From contig NC_047074.1 in assembly GCF_902459465.1 (NCBI RefSeq), positions 13,764,001 through 13,828,000 of the forward strand: a stretch of 64,000 nt of DNA. Direction: 5' to 3'. The translations under genes were made by a program, and so were the position numbers. This DNA comes from Asterias rubens. Lineage: Eukaryota. Under the pieces are notes generated by a model, which was not told the origin of the DNA, did not search any database, and saw nothing but the letters and a program-made list of their open reading frames with translations. Shown here in pieces: positions 61,238 to 64,000 of this stretch. The first letter of the stretch is position 1; each line of letters begins with the position of its first letter.

Positions 61238-64000
61238 AGAGGGAGTGTTGTATAAGGTCAGTTCGGAATTGGTGTTCCTACGGCTACATCTGTTGCTAAG
61301 TGTGTTGTTAAAGACGTCCTATACGTCCTATACCTCAACACATAGTAATGCAGAAATCTAGCTGTAGCCGCAAATTCGGACCAGCCTTAGAGTGAATTTA
61401 ACCGTTATGTGTGGGAGTAACCCACGAAATTACAACAATGGAGAAAGGTGACCTACAGGAACCCAGTAAGCCAAGAATTTTGATCGGCAGGGGGAAGGGG
61501 GTGTTGGAAATCTCAGAACCTAGCACAGTCTGTAAGCAAGACTCATGGAAGCATATGGCTCCACTATATCTGTACATAAATAGACCTTTATCAAAGTGTA
61601 GCTATCTTGATCTGGTTTCGTGTATAGCACAGTGCAATTGACAGCACCTTTTTCTGTGATGAGAAGGTACCAGACTATTGCCGTCTCAGTCTCGTTTTGG
61701 TTACATTGGGTTGGGTGTTAAGGCCTTGTCACACGAGGCAACTTTTGCAGTCAACTTTAGAGGCAACCAACTGCAGTGCATGCTATAAGACCTTGGTTGC
61801 CCACAAGTAATTTTTTAACAGTGTCGTGCGATCCACAAGAAAGAATGGGTGAAAATTGAAAGGTTTTTTTTCTTGGAGATTGCCTTGAACTAGTTGCTTG
61901 TAAATTGCCCTGTGTTACACGAGACAACTTTTGCAGGTAACTTAGTGGCAACCAACTTCTAGTGCATGCTACCGAACCACTATGGTAACACATGGGTAAT
62001 TTTTCAAACAGCTTTTCTGAAGATCCCCAAGAAAATAGTTGAACAGTGAAAGGTGAATATATGGCTTTTCTTCTTGGAGATTTCCTGGAACCGGAAGCCT
62101 ATAAAATTACTTGTGTGACATGGCCCTTTAGAATGCCTAGATCAGTATAATTTTATATGAAAAATCATCTAGCATACAATGAAATCAGGCACATTTAAAG
62201 AGAAAATCCTTCCTGTTGTTGATTTCATAAAATTGGTAATTCAAGACAATATTTTTGGTAGTAAAAAAATCAACTGATAGCCAACGAAATACTTCATTAG
62301 AGAGAACAATTTATTAATGTTATTACAGAATCATGAAATATATATTTTGTATCTGTAAATTGCAATAAAAAAGTCAATACTCTTTTTGTTATAAATGAAG
62401 AAAAGTCTACTGAGAAATTTATGAAGAAACGGATATTATTTGTTAAAGTCCACATTGTATTTAAAACTTGTTTTGCTTTTGACTGACTGTAACTCCAGTG
62501 TTTGTAAATAATTGTTTTCTTATTATTTTTTAATCAAACATTTATTTAAAAAAAACAGCCTAGCCTGTTGTTCTCTGTGAGTATTTTTTTTAAATGTGTG
62601 GAGTAAAACAAAATCTTTCAATGCAAAGTTTTGTTTATATCTTAAATATTGCAAACCACCTGGTTACAGGTAGATATTTTGGGTTGCAAAAGAGAATTTA
62701 AAATAATTATAAAATATTTATTAATATTGAGAATAATATACATAATTTGTGATTATGTTAGGTGAGTTTGAAAAGTTTATTTTTGCTAGTATGTTGTGTC
62801 TAAAAATTTGTCTAGTTTCTTTGTTAATTTTCTGAAATTAATGCTAATTTGAATTTTTATATTTTGCAATTAACCAGTGATGTTTATGTGAAGTTTAAAC
62901 AAATAGTACAATCCGTGATCAAGTTTGACAAACTAGTCAAATATGTATTTTGTTTGCGGTGCTACTATTAATTTGTAAGATTTAATAAACTTCTTTGTAC
63001 AAAAGTTTTGCATAATGGGAGCATAATTGCGGTAGCAGTATGTAGAAATCTCTTTTGAGAAGTATTGATTCTGAAAAGAGCCGGTGGTTGTCAACCACAT
63101 TCAGTTCCTCTCAGAGCCAAAAGACATTGGTCAAGTGGTTAGACTGCAGGACTTGCAATCACAGGGTTGTGGGTTCGAATCCCGCAGCTATAACTACTGA
63201 TTTAACAATAATTAGAATATTGTCGTCTAGTTACTGAATCACAATTTTTTGATTTTGTCAGCTCGGTGTTCTGGCCCTTGTGGGAGTTTACCAAGTTCCC
63301 TCGATGGGGAGATTTACACATCATTCACCGGATGTTCTAAGATACTTCGTGTATGTCTGTCATTTTGTTCGTTCGTCCTTAATCTGGGGAACAAAAGCTG
63401 TTGCTTCACCCCAGACCAAGATATTGCCAAATTGTTTCAAGTTCGGGTATTAACCGTAGAGATTTTACCAACTCAACAAGAACTTCTTGTACCAAGACTA
63501 GCGGGTTACCTGAACTGCTCGGGTCAGTGGTTGACCTGTGACCTTGTACTAACAATAGATAAACACGCACGATGTAACAACATTATCAGCTGATGTATTG
63601 TGGTCTATATACTCTGTTTCTAGTAGTAGTAGTAGTAGACCTGTTGGTCGAGTACATACTGAATGTTATGCCCGCTAGCCTGCAGAGGTAGGAGGCCAGG
63701 GAAGTCGCCCCAGTATTTTCAATTTTCTTTACACAACTGTTAGAAGCAGTTGGAGCTTTGTTGTCTGCATCGGCCAAGTCGTTCACCGAGCTCACATTCT
63801 GCGGGAACAATTTTAGCTCGTCTGCGCCAATCCATGCACTTGCCAGGTACGTTTACAACCTCTCGCTGCACGTACACGCACACCCGCACACACTCAGTCT
63901 ATGGGATAGTAGTCAATTATCAAGGCCTATAAATGCATGTATTATGAAATGATTACGCTGTTATGCGCAACACTAACATCATGAAAGTATACATAGACCT

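Overview
AT-rich, intron-rich animal genomic DNA. The repeat landscape suggests an echinoderm, probably a sea star (inference). Six protein-coding genes can be fully reconstructed by hand, all with GT-AG introns and consistent exon phases: CDC16/APC6 (-, 16 exons), AKAP14-like (+, 3 coding exons, head-to-head with CDC16), TMTC4 (-, 14 coding exons), a CYP46A1-like cytochrome P450 (-, 13 exons), a SOUL/HEBP2 heme-binding protein (-, 4 exons) and a MOGAT/DGAT2-family acyltransferase (+, 4 coding exons). Most of the supplied six-frame ORFs are single exons or noise. Introns and intergenic DNA carry TTAA-flanked (Kolobok-type) MITEs, CWG-flanked (Harbinger-type) MITEs, tRNA-derived and Deu-domain SINEs, L2-like LINE 3' remnants, Penelope-like LTR remnants and several tandem arrays. 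Highlights: (1) an apparently intact minimal hammerhead ribozyme (47593-47636) plus three decayed variants, all antisense to their host genes; (2) a tandem array of eight SINE Pol III heads; (3) a 1.75 kb foldback structure with ~305 bp inverted arms; (4) a two-unit higher-order satellite; (5) a 15 x 19 bp minisatellite in which each unit carries an MRE core and a CAG|GT motif; (6) out-of-frame overlapping uORFs or 1-nt indels at the CDC16 and TMTC4 starts; (7) a CDC16-AKAP14 adjacency that matches the vertebrate 13q34/Xq24 paralogon. No genuine tRNA, rRNA or CRISPR array was found. Repeat boundaries were read by eye and are approximate.
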